Assembly (NCBI GenBank): GCA_963665325.3 | Contig: CAXXWS020000001.1 | Span: 1 to 64,000, forward strand | Reading direction: 5' to 3' | Source of the DNA: Alphaproteobacteria bacterium | GTDB lineage: Bacteria; Pseudomonadota; Alphaproteobacteria; Bin95 | Length of the DNA: 64,000 nucleotides | Part shown: piece after piece, positions 27,385 through 36,639 of the stretch | Layout: each line of letters starts with the position of its first letter | How positions within the stretch are numbered: position 1 is the stretch's first letter | The notes under the pieces: generated by a model | Told to the model about the DNA's origin: nothing | Seen by the model: only the letters and a program-made list of their open reading frames with translations | Databases searched by the model: none | Program-made: the position numbers and the translations under genes

Positions 27385-28856
27385 GGCGCATCTCCCCGAT
27401 CTTCGTCCTCGCCCGGACCGGGCGTCTTGTCATGGGGCAGCCAGGCCGGCGGCAGGCCGGTTGCGGCCTGGGCGTCGAGCATGCCCTTGAGCAGCGGCGG
27501 AAGTTCCCCCGTCCCCGCGCCGCCATTGCCATCGTTGCCGCCGGGGCCGGCGGGACGGCGCACGCCATCGGCGTTGCCGCGCTTGTCGAGGGGGTACAGC
27601 GTGCACAGGCGCTCGCCGCCTCGACCGTCGATCAGATCGACGCTGGCGAGGTTCCAGCGCGCGTAACGGATCCAGGCCTCGCGCAGGTGGCGCCACGGCT
27701 GTGGCACCTGGTAGCGGATGCCCTCGACCGAGACGGTGCCGTCCGAGCGCCTGAGCGTGCGCTTCCTGGTGATGCGGAAGGCCGCCTTGAGCTCGGCCGA
27801 GCCGGGGCAGGATCTCGACGCGTCGACGCTCCCGGCCAGGCGTTGATGCGGCGTCATGCCGAGCTCGCGGTGCTTGCGGCGGTGATAGTCCTGCTCCAGC
27901 CAGGCGATGGTGGCGTCGTTGAGCATCTTCAAGGTAAGCGCGTCGACGCCTTCGAGCTGAGCCATCAGGCGCGATTCGACCGTGCCCCAGAACGACTCGA
28001 TCTTGCCGTTCTGATGGGGGCTGTAAGCGAGCGTCGTGACCCCCGCGATGCCGAGCCGGTGCAACCCCTCCTCGACCTCGCCCGCGGTCATCGCCGCGCC
28101 GTTGTCGGTCAGCAGGGACCTCGGCAGACCGCGCTTCATGAAGGCCTGGCAAAGGCCGTGGACGAACACCTCGGCGGTCTCGGCGAGGTACCACTGAAGG
28201 TGGCAGCCGAGGCGCGAGTGGTCGTCGAGGAAGCCGAGCAGGATCGGCGTCTTCCACTCGCCCGAGGCGGTCAGCACGCGACGCTTGGCGCTGTGCATGT
28301 CGGCGTGCCACAGGGCGTGAGAGCGCGAGACCTCGTAGCTCAATACCTCGCGGGCTTCGACCGCCGGCCTGGCCTCGCTCTCATGCCACTTGCGCCGGCG
28401 CTTGCGTACCAGCCCGCGAGCCCGCATCGCCCGGGTCAGCGTCGCGTAGGACGGTATCGGGCCGAGCTCGGGATCGGCCTCGACCCGCGCGGCCAGATTC
28501 TCGTGATGAAGCTGCGCCGACCACGACGGATGCGCCCGGTACTGCTCGTGCAGCGCCTCGATCAGCGTCGGCGACATCGCGCGCGGGCGCCCGGCATCGG
28601 CGCGCGGGCGCCGCTTGAGCGCCCCCACCGGATCGTTGTCCGCCGCCCGCGCCTGGTAGTACCAGCGCTCGATCGTGGACACCGCGAAGCGCACCCGGCC
28701 CTTGCCGGACGGGTGATCCCACTCGCGTTCGGCAAGCCGCTCAAGCTCGGCGTGCAGCCGCCCCGCCGGCGGCGGCGAGGCCAGAAGCGGCCCGACCACC
28801 GCGAAGCGCAACCGCGCCCACCGGTCGCGACGCTCGCTCCCGTCGTTGCTGTTCAT
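27381..28856 (-). CDS. DDE transposase/integrase (rve core, IS481/Mu-like)
   Basis: N-terminal HTH (STIERWY), WHAD, FLDDHSR, LTDNG, QNGKIESFW, Mu-like C-terminus DGTVSVEGIRYQVP. Confidence 0.92.
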   Translation of the reverse strand: MNSNDGSERRDRWARLRFAVVGPLLASPPPAGRLHAELERLAEREWDHPSGKGRVRFAVSTIERWYYQARAADNDPVGALKRRPRADAGRPRAMSPTLIEALHEQYRAHPSWSAQLHHENLAARVEADPELGPIPSYATLTRAMRARGLVRKRRRKWHESEARPAVEAREVLSYEVSRSHALWHADMHSAKRRVLTASGEWKTPILLGFLDDHSRLGCHLQWYLAETAEVFVHGLCQAFMKRGLPRSLLTDNGAAMTAGEVEEGLHRLGIAGVTTLAYSPHQNGKIESFWGTVESRLMAQLEGVDALTLKMLNDATIAWLEQDYHRRKHRELGMTPHQRLAGSVDASRSCPGSAELKAAFRITRKRTLRRSDGTVSVEGIRYQVPQPWRHLREAWIRYARWNLASVDLIDGRGGERLCTLYPLDKRGNADGVRRPAGPGGNDGNGGAGTGELPPLLKGMLDAQAATGLPPAWLPHDKTPGPGEDEDRGDAP

Positions 28857-28904
28857 TCCGGCATCCCCCTCGCTGCTTCGTGGAGGTGCCGATGATGCGG
28901 TGCC

Positions 28905-29519
28905 CTATCCGTGCATCATAGAAACGCTTTCTGCGGGCGAAGCCGGACCTGCGCCGAGCGCGCAAAAGCCGGTCCACGGCATCAGCCAGACCAGGCTCCG
29001 CAGCAGCCGCGAGCGGAAGCCACGGCCCCGCATGATGCGCAGCAGCCGGCGCAGCGGCGCCTCTTCGGGCGGCGCCGCCAGCTCGCCCCGTCTCGCCTGC
29101 CACTCCCGGGTCAGCGGGAAGGCTTCCAGCCACCAGCGCCGCCAGCGCTTCAGCGTCGAGGCCGGAACCCCGCACCGCCGCGCGATCGTCTGCAACCGCG
29201 CGCCGCCGGCCACAGCCAGCGCACTCACCACAAGGAACAGCGCCCCGACGTAAAAGCGCCTGCCGAAGAAACGCACCGACGGCGGCTTCACGCGGCGTCG
29301 GCACACCGAACAGCACAGGCTGAAGCGCCGAACGTCGTTCCGAAGATTCGCCGCCAGACCGTGCGGCTTGCGCGGGTAGCTCGCGCTGTGAAGCGCGCCG
29401 CCGCAGCGCGGGCAACCCGCCGCCCGGCACGCCTCCGCCTCGGCCGCGTCGACCTGCTTCAGAAAATCCCAAACCCGGGCGTTGGAGAGATTGGAGTGCC
29501 GGAACAGCTTGTGCGACAT
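28905..29519 (-). CDS. Zn-finger/HTH transposon-associated protein (DUF6431-like)
   Basis: CPRCGG and CCSVCRRR Cys pairs, PPSVRFFGRR, HTH-like GVPASTLKRWRRWW. Confidence 0.7.
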   Translation of the reverse strand: MSHKLFRHSNLSNARVWDFLKQVDAAEAEACRAAGCPRCGGALHSASYPRKPHGLAANLRNDVRRFSLCCSVCRRRVKPPSVRFFGRRFYVGALFLVVSALAVAGGARLQTIARRCGVPASTLKRWRRWWLEAFPLTREWQARRGELAAPPEEAPLRRLLRIMRGRGFRSRLLRSLVWLMPWTGFCALGAGPASPAESVSMMHG

Positions 29520-29666
29520 TGGGGCCGTCTCAGGTTGATGTCACTGTCACCGAGACAAGCCCTCCGGCGGCCTTCTTGCAAGATCGCCGGGGGGCACCCA
29601 ATCCAAAACCTCGATTAATCCGAGCCGATCAGCCCCTGATCGCCGCTGAAAGCCTGCGCCCGCTCA

Positions 29667-30417
29667 GGTCGGACTGGAGGGGACGTGGCGCGGTCTCGGA
29701 ACGGCGGGCGGCGGTTCGTTCCTGCCTGCCCTGGAGATCGGCCTGCGCCATGACGGCGGCGACGCGGAGACGGGGCTCGGCGCTGACATCGGCGCCGGTC
29801 TGGTCTGGACGGACCCGTCGCGCGGGCTTTCGGCCGAGCTCAACGCGCGGGGCCTGCTGACCCATGAGGCGAGCGGGTTCCGGGAGCGGGGCTTCGCGGG
29901 CTCGATCGTCTGGGACCCGGAACCGCGCTCGGACCGCGGTCCGTCGTTGACCCTCTCGCAAACGGTGGGCGCGGCTGCCAAGGGCGGGGTCGAGGCGCTG
30001 CTCAGGCCGGAAACGGCGCGGACGTTGGACGCAGCGAATGACAATGAGGACAGCGACCAGCGCAGCCGCCGCCTTGAGGCGAAGCTCGACTATGGATGGC
30101 CTGTATTCGCCGGCCGCTTCACGGCGGCGCCGGAGATCGGGTTCAGGCTGTCGGAGTCGGACCGCGAGTATATCCATGGTTGGCGCCTGGCGGAGGCAAA
30201 ACGCTCCGGGCTGGCGTTCGGGCTGGATGTGGAGGCGGCGCGGCGCGAGCCGATGACGGATGATGCAGCGCCGGAGCACCGGCTCGGGTTCGGGCTCGGC
30301 TGGCGCCGCGACGACTCCACGTTCGAGTTCCGTCTCGAAGGCTCGCGTCTGCAGCCGGTCAACGACAACCGGGCGGCCGAACACCGCATCGGCCTCTCGC
30401 TGAGCGCGCGATGGTGA
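29667..30417 (+). pseudogene. 5'-truncated autotransporter beta-barrel remnant, paralogous to the C-terminus of 2..5986
   Basis: GLEGTW...LEIGLRHDGGDAETGLG...RGPSLTLSQ...EHRIGLSLSARW*. Begins abruptly at the candidate transposon end. Confidence 0.85.
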
Positions 30418-30526
30418 TGGGCCGGCGCAGCAGAGAAGCGGGCGCATGAGGACAGGAAAGACGGATCGCGCTGGCGGCGGCGATGGCCGTCGCCGTGGGT
30501 GGAGCGGCGCAAGTACAGGGTCCGAG

Positions 30527-30644
30527 GGGGACAGCCATGCGCAGGCGCTCGCCGCGCGGGGCCCAGCCATGGCTGCGGGCCATGTTGGTCTTGGCCCATG
30601 TCTCGTCGATGAACACCAGCCGGTCGGGGTCGAGACCGGGCTGG
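30527..30644 (-). pseudogene. IS630-family transposase fragment
   Basis: QPGLDPDRLVFIDETWAKTNMARSHGWAPRGERL. Confidence 0.8.
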
Positions 30645-31670
30645 CTATCGCGCCTCGCGCATCCGCAGCGACGCGAACACCGGATGATGGTCGGTGTGGA
30701 GGAAGCCGAGATCCGTGGTCTTGACCCGCTCGATGGAGACGTTGGGCGACAGCAGAAAGCCGTCGACCACGGTCACGTAGTTGACTCCCGCTTCATAGGG
30801 CCGGTGCAGCGTTCGCACGCTGGGCACCGACGGGTCGATCCCGAAAGTCCATCCTTCGGGGACGGTCCGGTGGGGGAAGTCGTGAATCCACGAGAGGAAA
30901 CGCTTCTCGGTCTCGTGGGGAAACGAGGTGTCGACCAGCCGCATGTTCCAGTCGCCGCCGACCACGACATGCGCGCCGCGGCGGTACTCGGCCTCGGCCA
31001 ACTCCAGCAGCGCCGCAACCTGTCTGGCCCTGACTCTTCCCCCGTCGTCGAAGGCGGACAGATGGACGTTCAGGATCGACCATTCTCGCCCGTCGTCAGT
31101 CGGGATCCGGATAGCGAGGGCGCCGTAATGCTTCTTGAGGAAGCCGAAGCGGAAGCCCGGCTCCTGCGGCAGGGCGCGCGCCGTGCATTCCGGGACCGAA
31201 ACGCGCGAAAGCGTCATCATGCCGTTGGAGATATCGAAGGGCGGCGGCAGCATCGTCGTCGCAAAGTCCTCCCAGAAGGCGGCGCGGTAGCCTTCCAACC
31301 GCCGGAGCACGCTGCCTTTAACGTCGATGCTGCGGGTGGCGAAGCTTGCCGCGGCCATCTCCTGCAGTAGAACCAGATCCGCATCGAGGTCCGCCAGGGT
31401 TTCGCCGACGGCTTCCGCCGCGGCGGCGATGCTGCTGCGGCCGATGGAGCGAACGCTGCGCCCCCCGTCTGCCACGAAATCGGCGCCCGCCCCCAGCGAT
31501 CCGTAGCCGATGTTCCAGGTGACGATCCTCAGTGCGGGACCGGCCGTCGTCGCCCGGTCCGGACCGGCGAACGGGACGCCGCCGTAGCGCGGCGACTTCG
31601 ACCGGTTGGCCAGGACCACGACGCCCGCCGCAACGACCATAAGGAGCAGGACCGCGACCGCGACGGTCAT
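30645..31670 (-). CDS. Membrane-anchored endonuclease/exonuclease/phosphatase family protein
   Basis: N-terminal TM, TWNIGY, LLQE, NVHLSAFD, GGDWN, DGFL, TDHHPV. Confidence 0.88.
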   Translation of the reverse strand: MTVAVAVLLLMVVAAGVVVLANRSKSPRYGGVPFAGPDRATTAGPALRIVTWNIGYGSLGAGADFVADGGRSVRSIGRSSIAAAAEAVGETLADLDADLVLLQEMAAASFATRSIDVKGSVLRRLEGYRAAFWEDFATTMLPPPFDISNGMMTLSRVSVPECTARALPQEPGFRFGFLKKHYGALAIRIPTDDGREWSILNVHLSAFDDGGRVRARQVAALLELAEAEYRRGAHVVVGGDWNMRLVDTSFPHETEKRFLSWIHDFPHRTVPEGWTFGIDPSVPSVRTLHRPYEAGVNYVTVVDGFLLSPNVSIERVKTTDLGFLHTDHHPVFASLRMREAR

Positions 31671-32803
31671 CGGTTCGCCCGTTCCATCAGGCCGCGCGCG
31701 CCGGACGCCGCCTGCTGGGCGACGCCCACCACGATCACGAGAAACACCGTTTCGGAGAGCAGCGCCCTGAAGAACCCGCTGAACCGGCCTGCTACCTTCA
31801 CCTCGCCGTAGATCTCCGAGTACCTCATGTAATGTTCGATATCGGTGGCAGGCCATCCCTTCATCCGCGAGAGCGCGTCGACGAGTTCGCGCGAGGCGAC
31901 GGTGGCGTGCAGGAAGTAGCTGCCGAGCGATATCCCCAGCAGCACCACGACCGCGGTCACCGAGACGATCGAGCCCAGCCGGCGCGCGCCGACCTGATAC
32001 GCGTCCTTGATCGGTGTCGCCGAGATCGCAAGCGCCATCGCCATGACGTAGAGGAACAGGAAGGCGATCGGCTCGACCTGGACGAGCACGTTGCTCAGCA
32101 ATTCCCGGAACGATATGAAGGCCCGTTCGACCTCGACGATGGCATCGAGGTCGAACGCCATGGGGCGGATGGCGAGCAGCGCCTCGGCCTCTTCGACCAG
32201 TCGCCGCGAGGCCGCCTCGTTGCGCTTCCAGTCGTGGCCGAACTGCAGCGCGACCTTGGCAAGCGCGAGACCGCCGAGGCCGAACAGGATGCAGGAATAG
32301 ACATTGTAGGTGCGATAGCCGTTCCGCAAATCCCGCTCGACGCCTTCGGGATCCGCGGGGTCGCCGGCGTTGGATGGGGCGTTGTCCTCGTCGGTATCGA
32401 CCGTGTCGTCGGCTTTTGCTGGCGGCGCGTCGTTCTCCTCGCGGGACCGGTCGTTGTTCCCGCCCGGTTTGCTTTTGCTCTTCGAGTACACGTGGACGCC
32501 GCCATAGACACCGGCAAACCAGAGGATGACTAGGGCGAACGCCGGACCGTCGGCATGGTAGAGCGGGACGTCCGGGCAAAAGACGATCACGATGCCCACC
32601 GCCCCGGCCGCCATGGCCAAAACCGCGAACTCGGCGAACAAGCCGCTATAGGGGTGCGGCGACAACTTGCCGCCGATGCGGACCGAATGGCGTTCGCGCC
32701 AGGTACCCCCGCCCAACAGGTAGCCGGCCCCCAGCGCGAGCGCGCCTACGCCGAACAGCAGGAGCGTGGGGAAGACCTCATCCCAAAGGGGAACCTGAAA
32801 CAT
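31667..32803 (-). CDS. Hypothetical multi-pass membrane protein
   Basis: Several hydrophobic segments; ATGA-coupled to the EEP gene. Start uncertain. Confidence 0.65.
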   Translation of the reverse strand: MFQVPLWDEVFPTLLLFGVGALALGAGYLLGGGTWRERHSVRIGGKLSPHPYSGLFAEFAVLAMAAGAVGIVIVFCPDVPLYHADGPAFALVILWFAGVYGGVHVYSKSKSKPGGNNDRSREENDAPPAKADDTVDTDEDNAPSNAGDPADPEGVERDLRNGYRTYNVYSCILFGLGGLALAKVALQFGHDWKRNEAASRRLVEEAEALLAIRPMAFDLDAIVEVERAFISFRELLSNVLVQVEPIAFLFLYVMAMALAISATPIKDAYQVGARRLGSIVSVTAVVVLLGISLGSYFLHATVASRELVDALSRMKGWPATDIEHYMRYSEIYGEVKVAGRFSGFFRALLSETVFLVIVVGVAQQAASGARGLMERANR

Positions 32804-33165
32804 TCGGCGGAACGCTATCGCGGCGGAGATGCCGGCTGGCGTGGCGGCGTTCTTCGCGGCCGGATGCCGGTCGTGGCGGCACTGATTTTCCTGGACGAAT
32901 CCATGACGTAGCCCTTACCCCGGAAGGACGCGCGAAGCCCTTCACCCATCTCGCTGAGGGCGGTTCCGATGCCCATCGCCGCGCCGGACTATTCAACCCG
33001 TTCGACCGCGGGGGATCAACTTGTGGTGGCGAGCGGTCGTTCCGGACGGCTGCCCGGCATCGCTACGCTCCGCCGGCCATCCAGCTTGGGCGACAAACCG
33101 GCATGCACCAGCATTCGAGCCGGACCAACCAGTGGGGGCTGGTCACGCCGGCGGGAGCCGATTTG

Positions 33166-33906
33166 CTATGCCGACGCAGCGCCCATCAGGTCCTGGCGCG
33201 CCTTCTCCAGATGCTCGTTGATGTGCTTGATCGCAGAGATCATGTCCCGGTGTTCGATCGCTTCGAACACGGCACGATGCTGGCGGTTGTATTCGTCGAT
33301 CTCTTCCGGAGACAGGATCTTGTTTCTCATGGCGACCCACTGGTCGTGGCCGCGAACCGCGTTGATCTGCTGGTAGAGGTGGAGCAGCAGGGGATTCTTG
33401 GAGCTCCTGGCAAGCCATTCGTGGAACATGCTGTCGTGCCGGGTAAAGGCTTCCTTGTCGTTCCGGCACTGCTCGAGATCTTCCAGTATCGATCCCAGCA
33501 TCTTGATTTCGTTGCCGGTCGCGTTGAGCACTGCCAGACGGATCATGTGCGGCTCGACCGCCAGGCGTGCTTCGATCAGCTCCAGCGGGCTGACGCGGCT
33601 GACGATGTCTTGTGCGGCGCTCATCGACATGTCGTCGCTCTTGACGAACGTGCCGCTGCCGACCCGTCGTTCGATCAGTCCGTCGGTCTCCAGATTGAGC
33701 AGAACCTTGCGGATGGTGCTGCGCGCGGTGTCGAAACGCTCGGCGAGTTCACGCTCGGCGGGCAGCTGGTCTCCGTTCACGTAGAATCCGTTGCGAATGG
33801 CCTCGCGCAACTGGGCCGTGATTTGGCCGACATGGCGGCCGCGCTCCCCTTGGCCCGGTCCGGGAACCGGCTGGAATTCCTGTGCGGACCCGCGTGTGTC
33901 GTCCAT
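33166..33906 (-). CDS. GntR/FadR-family regulator (FCD domain), TmoR-like by context
   Basis: LPAERELAERF..ARSTIR, GSGTFV, FCD motifs D..FH and NPLL. Confidence 0.9.
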   Translation of the reverse strand: MDDTRGSAQEFQPVPGPGQGERGRHVGQITAQLREAIRNGFYVNGDQLPAERELAERFDTARSTIRKVLLNLETDGLIERRVGSGTFVKSDDMSMSAAQDIVSRVSPLELIEARLAVEPHMIRLAVLNATGNEIKMLGSILEDLEQCRNDKEAFTRHDSMFHEWLARSSKNPLLLHLYQQINAVRGHDQWVAMRNKILSPEEIDEYNRQHRAVFEAIEHRDMISAIKHINEHLEKARQDLMGAASA

Positions 33907-33950
33907 GACGGCACCCTCCCGAATTGACCCAAAACGCCACCGCCGGGCTA

Positions 33951-33986
33951 ATTGGTTGACATTGGCACTATTGGTTTGCAATTGGT
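33951..33986. promoter_or_regulatory. AWTGGT direct-repeat operator candidate (gntR promoter)
   Basis: ATTGGT at 33951, ATTGGC at 33961, ATTGGT at 33970 and 33981. Confidence 0.7.
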
Positions 33987-34127
33987 CACGAAGCAGTACA
34001 AAATAGAAATCGTTCAGTCCGGCCGTGTTGTCGGTCTGAAACGGTTGTCAAACTCGCAAATGCCAATGACACCATGGTCCTTCGATGCCTACTATGCTAG
34101 CCAACGCCATTCGTTCGGGGCAAGTGT

Positions 34128-34143
34128 AATGGTTCGTATTGGT
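34128..34143. promoter_or_regulatory. AWTGGT-N4-AWTGGT operator candidate (gmaS-mgs promoter)
   Basis: AATGGT-TCGT-ATTGGT. Confidence 0.7.
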
Positions 34144-34205
34144 CACGTCAACGGCCCGAGCGATGCGACAAGCTTTGGGAAATCGCGCGAGGAGGGGACG
34201 ACGAT

Positions 34206-35675
34206 ATGATGGATATCGAGGCCTTTGTGCAACAGGACGGCCGCGACGAATTGGTCAGGCGGGTGCGCGAGATGATCGACGAGAAGGGGGTCCAGTACCT
34301 GTATCTCCAGTTCGTGTCGATCACCGGCCGGATATGCGGCAAGGGCATTCCGGCGGACCACTGGGAAACGGTGGCCGAACGAGGCTTCCAGCTGGTCTAC
34401 GGCGCGACCGTCAACCTGTTCCTGAACAGACATGGCGAATATCTGGGCTATGGACCGCAGGAAAAGGAGCTGGTCGGCATTCCGGAGCCCGAAACATTCT
34501 GCCAGCTGGCCTGGGACAAGCGGGTCGCCCGGATCTGGTGCACCCTGTTTCGCAACCGGGAAGAACGTGAGAATCCCGGCGCCTTCCTGACCTCCGACGG
34601 CCGCGGCAATTTGCGCCGCATCCACGCGCAATTCCAAGAAGACCATGACGGCCTGCATCTGCGCCACGGCACCGAGCCGGAGATGATGTGGCTGAAACGG
34701 GACGAGGACGGCAAGCCCGACGGCGGCTTCTCCAAGCCCTATTGCTACCATATCGACCAGTTCGAGAGCCTGCGTCCCGTCTATATGCGGGTGATCGAAT
34801 ATTCGCGGGCGATGGGACTGGACATGATCCAGGGGGATCACGAGGACGCGCCCGGCCAGCTCGAACTCAACTTCACCTTCGACGACGCGCTGCGCACCGC
34901 CGACCGGCTGACGACCTACCGCCAGATCTGCGCCCAGGTCGCACGCGAGTTCAACCTGATCGCCTGCTTCATGACGAAGCCGTTCATGGGCGTGTCGGCT
35001 TCGGGTTGCCACCACAATATTTCGCTGTGGCGCGGCGGCGAGGAGGTGGTGAAGCCCCTCGGCAACGATCCGTTGCCGGGCATGGAGAACAATTTTACCT
35101 ATCTGAGGGGCGGCGAGAACACCTTCATGCCCGATACCGACGATGTGCAGCTGCCCGGCAAGGTGGGCCTGCAGGTGGTCGGCGGCATCGTCAAGCATCT
35201 GGGCGCGCTGACGGCTATCGGCGCATCCACCGTCAACTCCTATCGCCGGCTATGGGATACCGGCTTCTGGGCGCCGGTCTTCGCGGACTGGGGCTACCAG
35301 AACCGCACGACCGGGCTGCGCATATCCGCGCCGGGCCGCTTCGAATACCGGTCGGTGGATTCGATGGTAAACCCGTATCTGATGGCAGGCGCGATCCTCA
35401 AGGCGGCCGATGACGGCATCAATAACGACATCGACCCGGGCCCGCCGGAAGACCGCAACATTTACCAGGCCATGGAGGCCGGCAAGCAGGTCAAGAAACT
35501 GCCCATGACGCTCGGCGCCGCACTGGATGCGCTTGCCGAGGACGAGGTGATCCAGTCCGCCATGCCGGGCGACATGTACCGCCTGTACGAGGAGTACAAG
35601 CGGGACGAGTGGGAGCGTTTCCTGCACACCACGACCGAGTGGGACATGGACACCTATCTGAATTGCCTGCCTTAG
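34206..35675 (+). CDS. gmaS: Glutamine-synthetase-like ligase, probable gamma-glutamylmethylamide synthetase
   Basis: GTEPE, DHEDAPGQLE, KPF...SGCHHN, NRT, RFEYR. First gene of the mgsABC operon. Confidence 0.72.
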   Translation: MMDIEAFVQQDGRDELVRRVREMIDEKGVQYLYLQFVSITGRICGKGIPADHWETVAERGFQLVYGATVNLFLNRHGEYLGYGPQEKELVGIPEPETFCQLAWDKRVARIWCTLFRNREERENPGAFLTSDGRGNLRRIHAQFQEDHDGLHLRHGTEPEMMWLKRDEDGKPDGGFSKPYCYHIDQFESLRPVYMRVIEYSRAMGLDMIQGDHEDAPGQLELNFTFDDALRTADRLTTYRQICAQVAREFNLIACFMTKPFMGVSASGCHHNISLWRGGEEVVKPLGNDPLPGMENNFTYLRGGENTFMPDTDDVQLPGKVGLQVVGGIVKHLGALTAIGASTVNSYRRLWDTGFWAPVFADWGYQNRTTGLRISAPGRFEYRSVDSMVNPYLMAGAILKAADDGINNDIDPGPPEDRNIYQAMEAGKQVKKLPMTLGAALDALAEDEVIQSAMPGDMYRLYEEYKRDEWERFLHTTTEWDMDTYLNCLP

Positions 35676-35703
35676 GGTCAGCGCTGGAAGGGAGAGACAT
35701 TCT

Positions 35704-36639
35704 ATGTGCGGTATTGCAGGACTGATCTACCGCGATGGCGCCCGCAATATCGGCGGGGAAATGACCGCCATGCTGCAGGCGCTGAAGCATCGCGGCCCGG
35801 ATTCGACCGGGTTCGCGGTCTATGGCGAGCCCGGACCGAACGAGTACATCTTGCGGTTCAAGGTGGCCGAGCAGGAAGACTTGGGCCGCGGGAGGAAAAT
35901 CCGCCGGGCGATCGCCGAACGTAAGGCGGCGGTCGACGAGTTGCTGGAGGAACTCGGCGTAGCCGTCCTCGATTTGGACGGGCCGACGGAATATGCGAGC
36001 CGTTATCGCATCTCCTACGACGGCGACATGAAGGACCTTGCCGACCAGATGGAGGAGATCGAGGGTACGGAGATCCTGTCGATCGGCAACGCCCTGGAAC
36101 TGGTCAAGGATCTGGGCGACGCGGCCGACGTGTCCGGCGCTTACGACCTCGGCGGGTTCAGGGGAACTCACGGCATCGGCCATACGAGGATGGCCACCGA
36201 GTCGGATGTCGATATTCGTTCCGCCCACCCTTACTGGGCCTATCCGTATAACGACATCGCGGTCGTCCACAACGGCCAGATCACCAACTACTGGCTGATG
36301 CGCCGGCAGCTCGAGCGCAGCGGACAGCGCTTCGTCAGCAACTGCGATTCGGAACTTCTGGCGGTCTACACTGCGGTCAATCTCGAAAGGGGCATGACCC
36401 TGGAGGACTCCCTTCAGAGGTCGATCCACGAGATCGACGGGGTATTCACCTATCTGATCACCACGCGGAACGAACTCGGCATGGCCAAGGACACCATGGC
36501 CGCGAAGCCGATGGTTCTCTACGAGGCGGATGACATGGTGGCGCTGGCTTCCGAGGAAGTCGCGATCAGGGCGATCATCCCGCACGAGATCGACACCACC
36601 GACCCGTATGACGAGGAGGTCCGGGTATGGCAGGCGTGA
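35704..36639 (+). CDS. mgsA: N-methylglutamate synthase subunit A (class II amidotransferase, GlxB)
   Basis: MCGI, HRGPDSTG, GHTRMATES, HNGQITN. Confidence 0.85.
   Translation: MCGIAGLIYRDGARNIGGEMTAMLQALKHRGPDSTGFAVYGEPGPNEYILRFKVAEQEDLGRGRKIRRAIAERKAAVDELLEELGVAVLDLDGPTEYASRYRISYDGDMKDLADQMEEIEGTEILSIGNALELVKDLGDAADVSGAYDLGGFRGTHGIGHTRMATESDVDIRSAHPYWAYPYNDIAVVHNGQITNYWLMRRQLERSGQRFVSNCDSELLAVYTAVNLERGMTLEDSLQRSIHEIDGVFTYLITTRNELGMAKDTMAAKPMVLYEADDMVALASEEVAIRAIIPHEIDTTDPYDEEVRVWQA

Larger units (their letters stand above)
25283..29666 (-). mobile_element. Four-gene transposon-like element (Zn-finger/HTH + DDE transposase + AAA+ ATPase + RepA-like helicase)
   Basis: Co-oriented genes, the last three with overlapping stop/start codons. 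Candidate termini TGAG at 25283 and CTCA at 29666 both abut broken gene remnants. No target-site duplication seen; ends are tentative. Confidence 0.7.

Noticed and set aside
32804-32980. Possible frameshifted 5' extension of the membrane protein gene
   Set aside because: The reading frame is open for ~37 codons upstream without a start codon, but there is no homology evidence to support a frameshift call.
1-33165. tRNA/att site or integrase delimiting the ICE
   Set aside because: No tRNA, tyrosine/serine integrase or flanking direct repeat was recognised, so ICE status rests on the rdfS/fseA-like genes and chromosomal context.
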